Shown here: positions 10,640 through 24,065 of the stretch, piece after piece
How the letters are laid out: every line of letters starts with the position of its first letter
How positions within the stretch are numbered: the stretch's first letter is position 1
Assembly (NCBI GenBank): GCA_038087875.1
Contig: CM075999.1
Coordinates: 310,001 to 374,000 of the forward strand
Length of the DNA stretch: 64,000 nt
Direction of reading: 5' to 3'
Source: Malacoraja senta
Taxonomy: Eukaryota
Made by a program: the position numbers and the translations under genes
The notes under the pieces: model-generated
Seen by the model: only the letters and a program-made list of their open reading frames with translations
What the model was told of the DNA's origin: nothing
Databases searched by the model: none

Positions 10640-12080
10640 GGCGGGGGAGGGAGGAGAGGGAGACAGGGTGGGGAGAGAAGAGGGGAGGGGGAAGAGGGAG
10701 ATGGGGTGGGGAGGGGAGAGGGGAAGGGAGGGGGAAATGGGAGAGATTGGGGAGGGAGAGGAGAGCAGGGTGGGGGAGAGGGAGGGGGAGGAGAGTGGGG
10801 AGTGGGAGGAGAGCGGGGTGGGCAGGAAGGGGGAGAGGGGTAGGAGGGTGGGAGAGGGGGGGAGGGGATGTTAGAGGTGGAGAGAGGGGATGAGGGGAAG
10901 GGGAGAGAGGAGTAGGGGGAAGAGAGGGGGTGAGAGGGGGAGAGAGAGGGAGGGGGTGGGAGAGAGGTGGGGGAGGGAGAGACAAAGAGTGGGGAGTGAG
11001 CGGGAGAGGGGTTGCAGGGAATGGTGCAAGAGAGAGGGGAAGGGGATGGGGGGGAAATGGGGGTGAAGAGGGGTGGGGGAGGGGGGAGGGAGGAGAGGAG
11101 GGAGATGGGGTAGGGGAGAGAGGGGGAAGAGTGTGGAGGGAGGGGGAAGAGTGGGGAGGGACGGGGGGTGGGAGGGGTGGGGGAGAGAGGGATGGGGTGG
11201 GAGGAGGAGGGGAGGAGAGGGAGAGGGAGATGGAGATGGGGAGGAGAGAGGGGTGGGGAGGAGAGAGGGATGGGGAGGGGGAGAGAGGTGTGAAGGAGGA
11301 GAGGAGGGAGATGGGGTAGGGGGTGGGGGAGAGCGAAGGGGGTGGGGGAGAGAGGGATAGGGGTGGGGGTAGGGGAGGGAGGGGGAAGAGTGTGGAGGGA
11401 GAGGGAGGGGGAGAGAGAGGGGTGGGGAGGGAGATGGGGAAGAGTGTGGAGAGAGGGGAAGAGGGGTAGGAGGAGAGAGGGGGAAGAGTGGGGAGGGAGA
11501 GGGAAGGGAGGGGGGGAGAGGGTTGGGGGAGGGGGGTGCTGGATGGAGATGGGGAGGGGTTGGGGAGATAAGTGGAAGAATGGGGAGGGAGGGGGAGAGG
11601 TGTAGGGGGAGTGGTGGAAGTGGGAGAGAGGGAAGGGGTGGGGTAGAGAGGGAAGGGGGATGTGGGAGAGAGGGATGGGGGTGGGAGGAGGAAGGGGAGG
11701 AGGAGGGGGAGGAGAGGGAGAGGGGTGAGGAGAGGGGGATGGAGAGGGGGAGGAGAGAGGGGTGGGGGCAAGGAGAGATGGGAGGGGGAGAGAGGTGTGG
11801 GGGAGGGGGAGGGAGGCGAGGAGCGAGATGGGGTAGGGGTAGAGGGGGAAGAGTGTGAATGGAGGGGGAAGAGTGGGGAGGGGGGAGGGGGTGGGGAGAG
11901 AGGGAAGGGGGTGGGGAGGGAAGGGGGTGGGGGAGAGAAGGAAGGGGGAGAGAGGGAAGGGTTGGGTGAGAGAGGGATGGGTGTTGTAGGAGCATGGGGA
12001 GGAGAGGGAGAGAGTGAGGAGAGGGAGATGGAGAGGGGGAGGAGAGAGGAATGGGGGAGGGGGAGAGAGGGATGGGGAGA
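10640..12080 (+). repeat. Low-complexity G/A-rich tract; related tracts at ~14285-15610, ~17840-18885, ~20155-20620
   Basis: Almost only G and A with frequent runs of 3-7 G. Confidence 0.95.
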
Positions 12081-14791
12081 GCTGTCAGTCCATCTTTTCC
12101 CCCATTCCTATCACCCCCAATCCTCTTTTCTATTCCCACACACGTGATGATGCGCTTCGACACAGGCTGCGGGGGTGTGGGGGAGGGGCTGTGGCTGCTG
12201 CAAAGGCATATGTAAATGGATCCATTCCGATTGGACATCTGTGAGCATTGGGGATTGTGACATCACACAACGGAACCTTCACTAACATTCTATTGCTGAG
12301 AGCTGTTTTTTTAACATTTTGAAATTTTGGGGTGGGGGGGGGGGAGAAGGAGTTTACTTTAAAAAGAGTACATAAACACGACGAAATTTAATCAGGAGCA
12401 GCTATTCGTAAAGAAAAATGAAATCTCTACCGAAATGTAAAAAAAATCTCGGCGTTTCTGCGTGCGGTGTCGGTGTAGCGCGGTATCAAAGGGGCTGGCT
12501 GGCACAAGTCAAGCAGGCGGATGGCAGGCGGACGGAAGGCGGACAGCAGGCGGACGGCAGCACAGAGTTTTAATATATTACTAGACCAAGTGCAGACCCG
12601 TTGGGTCTGTCTCCCCAACGTGCGTTTGCGGGTGGGGGGAGTGGGGCTGTGGCGTCACACTAACCACCCACCCGTTGGTTCTGTACCTCCAAAGCACGGT
12701 TGTGGGGCATGAATCTGGCACCCACAAACACACACACTCATAACACCCCTTGATATTATCTTAATATTTTAATTTGCTTCTTTTATCCCATCTCCACCCT
12801 ATCCACTGACGAATAGCCCTCACCTCTCAGGTGCGTCTCGAGGGGGGTGGGACGGCAGAGAGAGAAAATTTAATGTTAGAAAAAAAAATTGTGATTAGGA
12901 GGGTGGAGAGGAAGGGGGGAGAGGAAGGGGAGAAAGGAGAGGGGGGAAGAGCGGAAGGAGAGGATGGGGGAGAGAGGTGAAGGGGGGGGTTGGAGCGGGC
13001 GTGCATGAGTCGAGCCGCGGGCTGTGAAGAGAGAAGGGCAGAGAGAGAGAGAGAGAGAGAGAGAGGGGAGAGACAGAGAGACTGGTACACCAAAAAAAAC
13101 TGGAGAAACACAGCGGATGCAGCAGCATCTATAGAGCGAAGGACATAGGCAACGCTTTGGTCCGAAACCCATCCTCAGACATGTTTTGTCCCGAAACGAT
13201 GCCTATTTCCTTCGATCCATAGATGCTGCTGCATCCGCTGAGGTTATATAGATTTTTTTTGTGTACCTTTGATTTTCCAGCATCTGCAGTTCCGTCTTAA
13301 GGACAGAGAGACTGTTTGCGGGGTGTTTCCCCAACGCGTGTGGGCATAGGGCGGTATCAAAGGGGCTTTGTGGCACAAGTCAGGTGGCCCGCCGGACCGC
13401 CGGACGGATGGCAGCCACAGAGTTTTAATATATTAACTAGACCAAGTGCAGACCCGTTGGGTCTGTCTCCCCAACGTGCGTTTGCGGGGGGGGGGCGGGG
13501 GGGGGGGGCTGCTGCGTCACACTAACCACCCACCCGTTGGGTCTGTACCTCCAAAGCACAGTTGCGGGGTGTGAATCTGGCACCCACAAACACACACACT
13601 CATCACACCCCTTGATATTATCTTAATATTTTAATTTGCTTCTTTTATCCCATCTCCACCCTATCCACTGACGAATAGCCCTCACCTCTCAGGTTCATCT
13701 CGAGGGGGGGGGGGGGGGCAGAGAGAGAAAATCTAATGTTTGAAAAAAAAAATTGTGAGGAGGGGGAGGAGGGTGGAGAGGAAGGGGGGAGAGGAAGGTG
13801 GGAAGAGAGGAGGGGGAGAGAGGAGAGGGGTGGAGAGAGGAAGGAGAGGATGGGGAGAGAGGTGAAGGGGGCGGGCGTGCATGAGTCGAGCCACGGGCTG
13901 TGAAGAGAGAAGGGCAGAGAGAGAGAGAGAGAGAAGGGGGAGAGACAGAGAGACTGGTACACACAAAAAAGCTGGAGAAACACAGCGGGTGCAGCAGCAT
14001 CCATGGAGCGAAGGAAATAGGCAACGCTTTGGGCCGAAGCCCATCCTCACACGGGTTTTCTCCCGAAACGTTGCCTATTTCCTTCGATCCATAGATGCTG
14101 CTGCACCCGCTGAGGTTATACAGCTTTTTTTTGTGTACCAGTCTCTCTGTCTCTCCCCCCTTCGATTTTCCAGCATTTGCAGTTCCATCTTAAAGACAGA
14201 GAGACTGTTCCCAACGCGCGTTTGCGGGAGGGTGGGGGGGGCTGCGGCATCACACTCACACTAACCACCCCCCAAACACATTCGGGGGGGAGAGGAAGAC
14301 AGGGTGGGGAGAGAAGTGGGGAGAGGGAGACGGGTGGGGAGAGAAGAGGAGAGGGGGAGGGAGGGGAGAGAGGGAGGAGGAAAGGGGAGAGATTGGTGAG
14401 GGAGAAGAGAGCAGGGTGGGGGAGAGGGAGGGGAGGAGAGTGGGGCATGGGAGGAGAGCGGGGAGGGCAGGAAGGGGGAGAGGGGGAGGGGTTGTTAGAG
14501 GTGGAGAGAGGGGATGAGGGGAAGGGGAGAGGAGTAGGGGAAGAGAGGGAGAGAGGGAGGGGGGAGGGAGAGAGGTAGGGGAGGGAGAGGGGAAGAGTGG
14601 GGAGTGAGGGGCAGAGGGGTAGCGGGGAGTGGTGCAAGAGAGAGGGGAAGGGGGTGGGGGGGAGATGGGGGTGAAGAGGGGTGGTGGAGGGGAAGAGAGG
14701 GTGTGGGAGGGGAGGGAGGGGGAGAGGAGAGAGGGGGAAGAGTGGGGAGGGAGAGTGGGAGGGGGAAGGGGGGGAGAGAAGTGGAAGAGTG

Positions 14792-14991
14792 NNNNNNNNN
14801 NNNNNNNNNNNNNNNNNNNNNNNNNNNNNNNNNNNNNNNNNNNNNNNNNNNNNNNNNNNNNNNNNNNNNNNNNNNNNNNNNNNNNNNNNNNNNNNNNNNN
14901 NNNNNNNNNNNNNNNNNNNNNNNNNNNNNNNNNNNNNNNNNNNNNNNNNNNNNNNNNNNNNNNNNNNNNNNNNNNNNNNNNNNNNNNNNNN
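14792..14991. other. Assembly gap (200 N)
   Basis: Run of n. Confidence 1.
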
Positions 14992-17900
14992 GGAGATGGG
15001 GAGGGGTTGGGGAGATAAGTGGAAGAATGGGGAGGGAGGGGGAGAGGTGTAGGGGGAGTGGTGGAAGTGGGAGAGAGGGAAGGGGTGGGGTAGAGAGGGA
15101 AGGGGGATGTGGGAGAGAGGGATGGGGGTGGGAGGAGGAAGGGGAGGAGGAGGGGGAGGAGAGGGAGAGGGGTGAGGAGAGGGGGATGGAGAGGGGGAGG
15201 AGAGAGGGGTGGGGGCAAGGAGAGATGGGAGGGGGAGAGAGGTGTGGGGGAGGGGGAGGGAGGCGAGGAGCGAGATGGGGTAGGGGTAGAGGGGGAAGAG
15301 TGTGAATGGAGGGGGAAGAGTGGGGAGGGGGGAGGGGGTGGGGAGAGAGGGAAGGGGGTGGGGAGGGAAGGGGGTGGGGGAGAGAAGGAAGGGGGAGAGA
15401 GGGAAGGGTTGGGTGAGAGAGGGATGGGTGTTGTAGGAGCATGGGGAGGAGAGGGAGAGAGTGAGGAGAGGGAGATGGAGAGGGGGAGGAGAGAGGAATG
15501 GGGGAGGGGGAGAGAGGGATGGGGAGGGGGAGAGAGCTGTGGTGGAGGGGGGAGGGATGGGGGAGGGAGGGGAAATAGTGGGGAGGGAGAGTGGAAGTAG
15601 GAGGGGTGGGGACAGTCCATCTGTTCCCCATTCCCTATCACCCCCAATCCTCTTTTTCTATTCCCACACACGTGATGATGCGCTTCGACACAGGCTGCGG
15701 GGGTGTGGGGGAGGGGCTGTGGCTGCTGCAAAGGCATATGTAAATGGATCCATTCCGATTGGACATCTGTGAGCATTGGGGATTGTGACATCACACAACG
15801 GAACCTTCACTAACATTCTATTGCTGAGAGCTGTTTTTTTAACATTTTGAAATTTTGGGGGTGGGGGGGGGGGGAGAAGGAGTTTACTTTAAAAAGAGTA
15901 CATAAACACGACGAAATTTAATCAGGAGCAGCTATTCGTAAAGAAAAATGAAATCTCTACCGAAATGTAAAAAAATCTCGGCGTTTCTGCGTGCGGTGTC
16001 GGTGTAGCGCGGTATCAAAGGGGCTGGCTGGCACAAGTCAAGCAGGCGGATGGCAGGCGGACGGAAGGCGGACAGCAGGCGGACGGCAGCACAGAGTTTT
16101 AATATATTACTAGACCAAGTGCAGACCCGTTGGGTCTGTCTCCCCAACGTGCGTTTGCGGGTGGGGGGAGTGGGGCTGTGGCGTCACACTAACCACCCAC
16201 CCGTTGGTTCTGTACCTCCAAAGCACGGTTGTGGGGCATGAATCTGGCACCCACAAACACACACACTCATAACACCCCTTGATATTATCTTAATATTTTA
16301 ATTTGCTTCTTTTATCCCATCTCCACCCTATCCACTGACGAATAGCCCTCACCTCTCAGGTGCGTCTCGAGGGGGGTGGGACGGCAGAGAGAGAAAATTT
16401 AATGTTAGAAAAAAAAATTGTGATTAGGAGGGTGGAGAGGAAGGGGGGAGAGGAAGGGGAGAAAGGAGAGGGGGGAAGAGCGGAAGGAGAGGATGGGGGA
16501 GAGAGGTGAAGGGGGGGGTTGGAGCGGGCGTGCATGAGTCGAGCCGCGGGCTGTGAAGAGAGAAGGGCAGAGAGAGAGAGAGAGAGAGAGAGAGGGGAGA
16601 GACAGAGAGACTGGTACACCAAAAAAAACTGGAGAAACACAGCGGATGCAGCAGCATCTATAGAGCGAAGGACATAGGCAACGCTTTGGTCCGAAACCCA
16701 TCCTCAGACATGTTTTGTCCCGAAACGATGCCTATTTCCTTCGATCCATAGATGCTGCTGCATCCGCTGAGGTTATATAGATTTTTTTTTGTGTACCTTT
16801 GATTTTCCAGCATCTGCAGTTCCGTCTTAAGGACAGAGAGACTGTTTGCGGGGTGTTTCCCCAACGCGTGTGGGCATAGGGCGGTATCAAAGGGGCTTTG
16901 TGGCACAAGTCAGGTGGCCCGCCGGACCGCCGGACGGATGGCAGCCACAGAGTTTTAATATATTAACTAGACCAAGTGCAGACCCGTTGGGTCTGTCTCC
17001 CCAACGTGCGTTTGCGGGGGGGGGGCGGGGGGGGGGGGCTGCTGCGTCACACTAACCACCCACCCGTTGGGTCTGTACCTCCAAAGCACAGTTGCGGGGT
17101 GTGAATCTGGCACCCACAAACACACACACTCATCACACCCCTTGATATTATCTTAATATTTTAATTTGCTTCTTTTATCCCATCTCCACCCTATCCACTG
17201 ACGAATAGCCCTCACCTCTCAGGTTCATCTCGAGAATAGCCCTCACCTCTCAGGTTCATCTCGAGGGGGGGGGGGGGCAGAGAGAGAAAATCTAATGTTT
17301 GAAAAAAAAATTGTGAGGAGGGGGAGGAGGGTGGAGAGGAAGGGGGGAGAGGAAGGTGGGAAGAGAGGAGGGGGAGAGAGGAGAGGGGTGGAGAGAGGAA
17401 GGAGAGGATGGGGAGAGAGGTGAAGGGGGCGGGCGTGCATGAGTCGAGCCACGGGCTGTGAAGAGAGAAGGGCAGAGAGAGAGAGAGAGAGAAGGGGGAG
17501 AGACAGAGAGACTGGTACACACAAAAAAGCTGGAGAAACACAGCGGGTGCAGCAGCATCCATGGAGCGAAGGAAATAGGCAACGCTTTGGGCCGAAGCCC
17601 ATCCTCACACGGGTTTTCTCCCGAAACGTTGCCTATTTCCTTCGATCCATAGATGCTGCTGCACCCGCTGAGGTTATACAGCTTTTTTTGTGTACCAGTC
17701 TCTCTGTCTCTCCCCCTTCGATTTTCCAGCATTTGCAGTTCCATCTTAAAGACAGAGAGACTGTTCCCAACGCGCGTTTTGCGGGAGGGTGGGGGGGGCT
17801 GCGGCATCACACTCACACTAACCACCCCCCAAACACATTCGGGGGGGAGAGGAAGACAGGGTGGGGAGAGAAGTGGGGAGAGGGAGACGGGTGGGGAGAG

Positions 17901-19802
17901 AAGAGGAGAGGGGGGAGGGAGGGGAGAGAGGGAGGAGGAAAGGGGAGAGATTGGTGAGGGAGAAGAGAGCAGGGTGGGGGAGAGGAGGGGAGGAGAGTGG
18001 GGCATGGGAGGAGAGCGGGGAGGGCAGGAAGGGGGAGAGGGGGAGGGGTTGTTAGAGGTGGAGAGAGGGGATGAGGGGAAGGGGAGAGGAGTAGGGGAAG
18101 AGAGGGAGAGAGGGAGGGGGGAGGGAGAGAGGTAGGGGAGGGAGAGGGGAAGAGTGGGAGTGAGGGGCAGAGGGGTAGCGGGGAGTGGTGCAAGAGAGAG
18201 GGGAAGGGGGTGGGGGGAGATGGGGGTGAAGAGGGGTGGTGGAGGGGAAGAGAGGGTGTGGGAGGGGAGGGAGGGGGAGAGGAGAGAGGGGGAAGAGTGG
18301 GGAGGGAGAGGGGAGGGGGAAGGGGGGGAGAGAAGTGGAAGAGTGGGGAGAGGGGTAGAGGGAGTGGTAGAAGAGGGACAGGGGGAGTGGTGGAAGAGGG
18401 ACAGAGGGGTAGGGGAAGGGGTGGGGAAGAGAGCGGAGGGCGAGAGAGGTGTGGGGGGAGGGATAGGGAGGTGAGGAGGGAGATGGGGTAGGGGGTAGAG
18501 GGGGAAGAGTGTGATGGTGGGGGAAGAGTGGGAGGGGGAAGGGGGTGGGGAGAGAGAGGAAGGGGGTGGGGGAGGGAAGGGGTTGGGGGAGGGGGTGGGG
18601 GAGAGAGGGAAGGGGTGGGGGAGGAAGGGGTTGGGAGAGGGAAGGTGGTTGGGGAGAGGGAAGGGGGAGAGGGAGAGTGGTTGTGGAGAGAGGAGGGGTG
18701 GAGGAGGATAGGGAGAGCATGAGGAGAGGGTGATGGAGAGAGGGATGGGGAGGGGAGAGAGGGATGGGGGAGGGAGAGAGAGGTGTGGGGAGGGGGGAGG
18801 AGGAGATGGGTTAGGGGAGGGAGGGGAGGGGTGGGGGGAGAGAGGGGAAATAGTGGGGAGGGAGAGTGGAAGGGGGAGGGGTAGGGACAGTCCATCTGTT
18901 CCCCATTCCCTATCACCCCCAATCTCTTTCTCTATTCCCACACACGTGATGACGTGCTTCGACACAGGCTGCGGGGGGTGGGGGAGAGGGGCTGGGCTGG
19001 GGCTGCTGCAAAGGCATATGTAAATGACTCCATTCCAATTGGACATGTGTGAGCATTGGGCATCGTGACATCACACAATGGAAACTTCACTAACATTCTA
19101 TGGCTGAGAGCTGTTTTTTTTAAACATTTTGAAATGTTGGGGGAGGGGGAGAAGTATTTTATTTTAAAAAGTGACATAAACACGACCAATTAATCAGGAG
19201 TGGCCATTCGTAAAGATAAATGAAATCTCTTAGAATTGAAAAAAATATCGGCGTTTCCGCGTGCGGTGTGGGCGTTGGGTGGTATCATAGGGGCTGGGTG
19301 GCATAAGTCAGGCGGACCGCCGGACCGCCGGACGGATGGCAGCCACAGAGTTTTAATATATTACTAGACCAAGTGCAGACCCGTTGGGTCTGTCTCCCAA
19401 TGTGCGTTTGCGGGGGGGGGGGGCTGCGGCGTCACACTAACCACCCACCCGTTGGGTCTGTACCTCCAAGCACGGTTGCCGGGTGTGAATCTGGCACCAC
19501 AAACATACACACTCATCACACCCCTTGATATTATCTTAAAATTTAATTTTTCTTCTTTTATCCATCTCCACCCTATCCACTGACGAATAGCCCTCACGTC
19601 TCGAGGGTGGGGGGGCAGAGAGAGAAAATTTAATGTTAGAAAAAAAAATTGGTGAGGAGGGGGAGGAGGAGGGTGGAGAGGAAGCTGGGTTGGGAGAGAG
19701 GATGGGGAGAGAGTGGAAGGAGAGGATGTGGGAGAGAGGTGAGGGGGGTGTTGTTGGAGCGGGCGTTCATGATTCGATCTGCAGGCTGTGAAGAGAGAAG
19801 GG

Positions 19803-19833
<31 letters not shown>

Positions 19834-21090
19834 ATAGACAGAGAGACTGGTACACAAAAAAAATCTGGAGAAACACTGCGGGTGCAGCAGCATCTATGGA
19901 GCGAAGGAAATAGACAACTCTTTTGGCCGAAACCCATCCTCAGACGGGTTTTTTCCCGAAACGTTGCCTATTTCCTTTGATCCATAGATGCTGCTGCACC
20001 CTCTGAGATACAGTTTTTTTTGTGTACCTTCGATTTTCCAGCATCTGCAGTTCCGTCTTAAAGACAGACTGTTGGCGGGCTGTTTCCCCAATGCGCGTTT
20101 GAGGGGGGGGGGCTGCTGCGGCATCACACTCACACTAACCACCCCCCAAACACAGGCGGGGGGAGGGGGGAGAGGAAGACGGGGTGGGGAGAGAAGAGGA
20201 GAGGGGGAGGGAGGGGAGAGGGGGAGGAGGAAAGGGGAGAGATTGGTGAGGGAGAAGAGAGCAGGGTGGGGAGAGGGAGGGGGAGGAGAGGTGGGGAGTG
20301 GTAGGAGAGCGGGGAGGGCAGGAAGGGGGGAGAGGGGATGTTAGAGGTGGAGAGAGGGGATGAGGGGAAGGAGAGAGGAGTAGGGGAAGAGAGGGAGGGT
20401 GGAGGGAGACAGGTGGGGAGGGAGAGGGGAAGAGTGGGGAGTGAGGGGCAGAGGGGCAGAGGGGTAGCGGGGAGTGGTGCAAGAAAGAGGGGAAGGGGGT
20501 GGGTGGGAGATGGGGGTGAAGAGGGGTGGTGGAGGGGGAAGAGAGGTTGTGGGAGGGGAGGGAGGGGGAGAGGAGAGAGGGGAAGAGTGGGGAGGGAGAG
20601 TGGAAGTAGGAGGGGTAGGGACAGTCCATCTGTTCCCCATTCCCTATCACCCCCAATCCTCTTTCTCTATTCCCACACACATGACGACCCCCTTTGACAC
20701 AGGCTGCGGGGGTGGGGGGGAGGGGCTGGGGCTGGTGCTGCTGCAAAGGCATATGTAAATAGATCCATTCCGATTTGTCATCTATGAGCATTGGGCATTG
20801 TGACATCACAAAATGGAACCTTCATTAACATTCTATGGCTGAGCTGGTTTTTTAAACATTTTGTAATGTTTGGTTGGGGGGGGGGAGAAGTATTTTATTT
20901 TTAAAAAGTGTACATAAACATGACCAAATTTAATCAGGAGTGGCTATTCGTAAAGATAAATGTAATCTGTTTAGAAATGGTAAAAAATATCGGCGTTTCC
21001 GCATGCTGTATGGGCCTAGGGCGGTATCAAAGGGGAATTTTGACGCCGGACGGATGGACGGAGGGATGGCAGCCACAGAGTTTTATATAA

Positions 21091-21338
<248 letters not shown>

Positions 21339-22550
21339 TGTTAATGTTCTCTGGTTTGTTTTATGTGGGGGGTGGGGGAAGGGTTTGGGGGAAACTTTTT
21401 TTCAATTTCTTACCTTGCCGGAGATGCGATTGTTTTCCGGATCGTATCTCCGATCACTCTGCGGCCTAACGTCATGGAGCTGGAGGCCTTGCTCGGGACT
21501 GACTTTGAGCCACACCGCGGGGCCTTGATCCTACCATCGGAGCCGATCCCTTGCCTGGGATCAATGCTCCAACCGCAGCCTGCAGATTTCAACATCAAGG
21601 AGCTTGCAGTCTCAGGTAGAGACCGATGTCGGGAAGCTCCAACGACGCAGAAGGTTTGACCAGCCCCGACCCGGGGTCGATCGCCTGGAGCGGGGGAGCT
21701 GAGACCCCCCACGATGTGGAGCTTGATTGCCCCGATGTGGAGGGCCTGACCGCCGGCTATAGGAGCCAAGATCGCCCCGTCAACGGAAGGCTCGAGGCCC
21801 CCGACCGCCGGAGAACAAAGAAGGGAAGAGATTTAACTTTTTTTTTTAGCCTTCCATCACAGTGAGGAATGTGGAGGAGTCGCTGTGGTGGATGCTTATG
21901 TTAAAATGTATTTTGTGTGTCTTGTTGCTTTTTATTGCTATGACTGTATGGCAAATCAAATTCCTCGTATGTTGCAAAACATACTTGACTAATAAAGTAT
22001 GATTATGATTATGATTATTCACTGGAATTTAGAAGGATGAGGAGATCTTATAGAAACATATAAAATTTTCAAAGGATTGGACAGGCTAAATGCAGGAAGA
22101 TTTTTCCCGATGTTGGGAGAGTCCAGAACCAGGATTCAGTTTAAGAATAAGGAGTAGGCCATTTAGGAGATGAGGAAAAGCTTTTTCACCCAGAGAATAG
22201 TGAATCTGTGGAATTCTCTGCCACTGAAGACAGTGGAGGCCAATTCACTGGATGTTGTCAAGAGGGAGTTAGATTTAGCTCTTAGGGCTAAAGGAATCAA
22301 GGGATATGGGGAAAAAGGAGGAACGAGGTACTGATTTTAGATGATCAGTCATGAAGGGCCGAATGGTCTACTACTGCACCTAATTTTCTTTGTTTCTCTG
22401 TTTCTAGGATGAAAGGTTTGTAATGGGAATAGCAAGGGGAGTTAAAATGGTTCTTTATGTGGATACAATAAGGGAATTCAATCCAGATTCGTAAAATGGG
22501 GTTCACTGGAGCGGTGTCTAGGACTCGAAGAGAAACAGAACGAATGTGCA

Positions 22551-22682
22551 TCAGACTGAAGAAGGGTCTCGACCCGAAACGTCGCCAATTCCTTCTCTCC
22601 ATAGATGCTGCCTCACCCGCTGAGTTTCTCCAGCATTTTGTGTCTACCTCCGATTTTACCAGCACCTGCAGTTCTTTCTTAA
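22551..22682 (+). mobile_element. Penelope terminus with a well-preserved minimal hammerhead motif (22556-22583)
   Basis: CTGAAGA-A-GGGTC-TC-GACCC-GAAAC-GTC. Confidence 0.75.
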
Positions 22683-23246
22683 GCATTATTGTTGAATGGG
22701 TTGGCAACGGAATAAAGAACGCATGAACACAAATCACTATAAATCAATAATAATAGGTTAGGGCATCAGCTGAAATCACCACAATACTCCAGTACATTAA
22801 GTAACCGTGATCTGCAGAAGAAATATAACACAAAGTAAGACAGGTGGAAGGAATGAGTAGAGAATTCAATTTCTAGTTAAATTCTTCTTCATGTTCAGCA
22901 GTTGTATGGGTGTTCTAATTCTGTGTTTATCAACCCACGGACGGAACGATAATGCGTGCAACAAGCATGCCAGTAAAATGCCCCCGTGCAGAGAAATGTT
23001 TAGGGAACAGTGTTAAGAATATGCTGCTGGTACTCTAATGTTGCTAATTGGCCACTGGGAATTACCCCTGGAGCAGGGAGGTACTGGAGAATTAGTGGGC
23101 AGTTGAAGGGCTTGGGAACAGTGAAGCAGGGAGAGGAATGGGATTAATAGGATTGCTTTGATATTAGGCTTCATGTTAATAGCTGAATATCCTACATCTT
23201 TGCCATAAAAAAGCATGAAAAATTGTGTGCAATTCTGTTATAACAA

Positions 23247-23265
23247 CAGCCCACTAGAGGGCTGC
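23247..23265 (+). promoter_or_regulatory. Candidate CTCF-binding core
   Basis: CCACTAGAGGGC matches the CCACYAGRKGGC consensus in apparently unique sequence. Confidence 0.35.
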
Positions 23266-23324
23266 ACATGAATCCATTCTCAGCACACAGCGTGAGGTAT
23301 AACTCTCAGGTACGAAGATGAGGG

Positions 23325-24065
23325 AAACACTAAAAACTGTAGGTTGCCGGAAAATTGGGCTAAACACAAAGCACTGGAGGAACTCAGCGGGTCAGGCAAC
23401 ATCTGTGGAGGGAACGGGTAGACGACGTTGCAGTCGGGACCCTTTTTCAGACTGATTGGCATATGGGTAGAGTAAGGGACAAAGTTTAGAGGTGAAAAGG
23501 GGACAAAAGGGGGTCAGTATTTAAGAGAAGAGGAGGAGTAAAATGAGAAGCCAGGGGGAGGGATGTGGAAGAACGGAAGAGGGGGTAGGGGAAAGAGGGG
23601 GGATAAAACTGAAATAATAGATTCAGGGATGGATGTTGATTGTACGAAGGAGGGCAAAGGAGCAGGGTGACAGCAGGGCCGGGAGATAGGTGGAGTAGTA
23701 GGTATGCACTAGAGTGGGGGAAGGGGGGGGGGGCAGATGAATGAGGGAGCAGGAGGGCTAAAGTCCAGAATTCAATGTTCATACTGTTGGGTTGTAAGCT
23801 ACCCAAGTGGATTATGAGGTGTGTTCCTCCAGTTTGTGTGTGGCCTGACTCTGGTAACAGGGGAGGCCCCGGGCAGAAAGGTCAGAATGGGAATGGGATG
23901 GGGGAGTTAGAATGGTTAGCAACTGGGAGATCCAGTAGGCCTTGGTGGACCAAGCGCAAGTATTCGGCTAAACGGTTGCCGAGTCTGCGCTTGGTCTCGC
24001 CGATGTAAAGGAGATCACATCGAGAACGCCGGATGCAATTGGCGAGATTTGAAGAGATTCATGTG
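23325..24065 (-). mobile_element. Decayed Penelope 3' part (GIY-YIG remnant plus terminus)
   Basis: Reverse complement gives YIGETKRRLGNRLAEYLR..., GSLQPNSMNIEF. Confidence 0.8.

Noticed and set aside
10492..20809. Long Pro/Ser/Leu-rich and Gly/Glu/Arg-rich ORFs (up to 584 aa)
   Set aside because: By-products of stop-poor G/A tracts; open in several frames on both strands, some spanning Ns, with no domain motifs.
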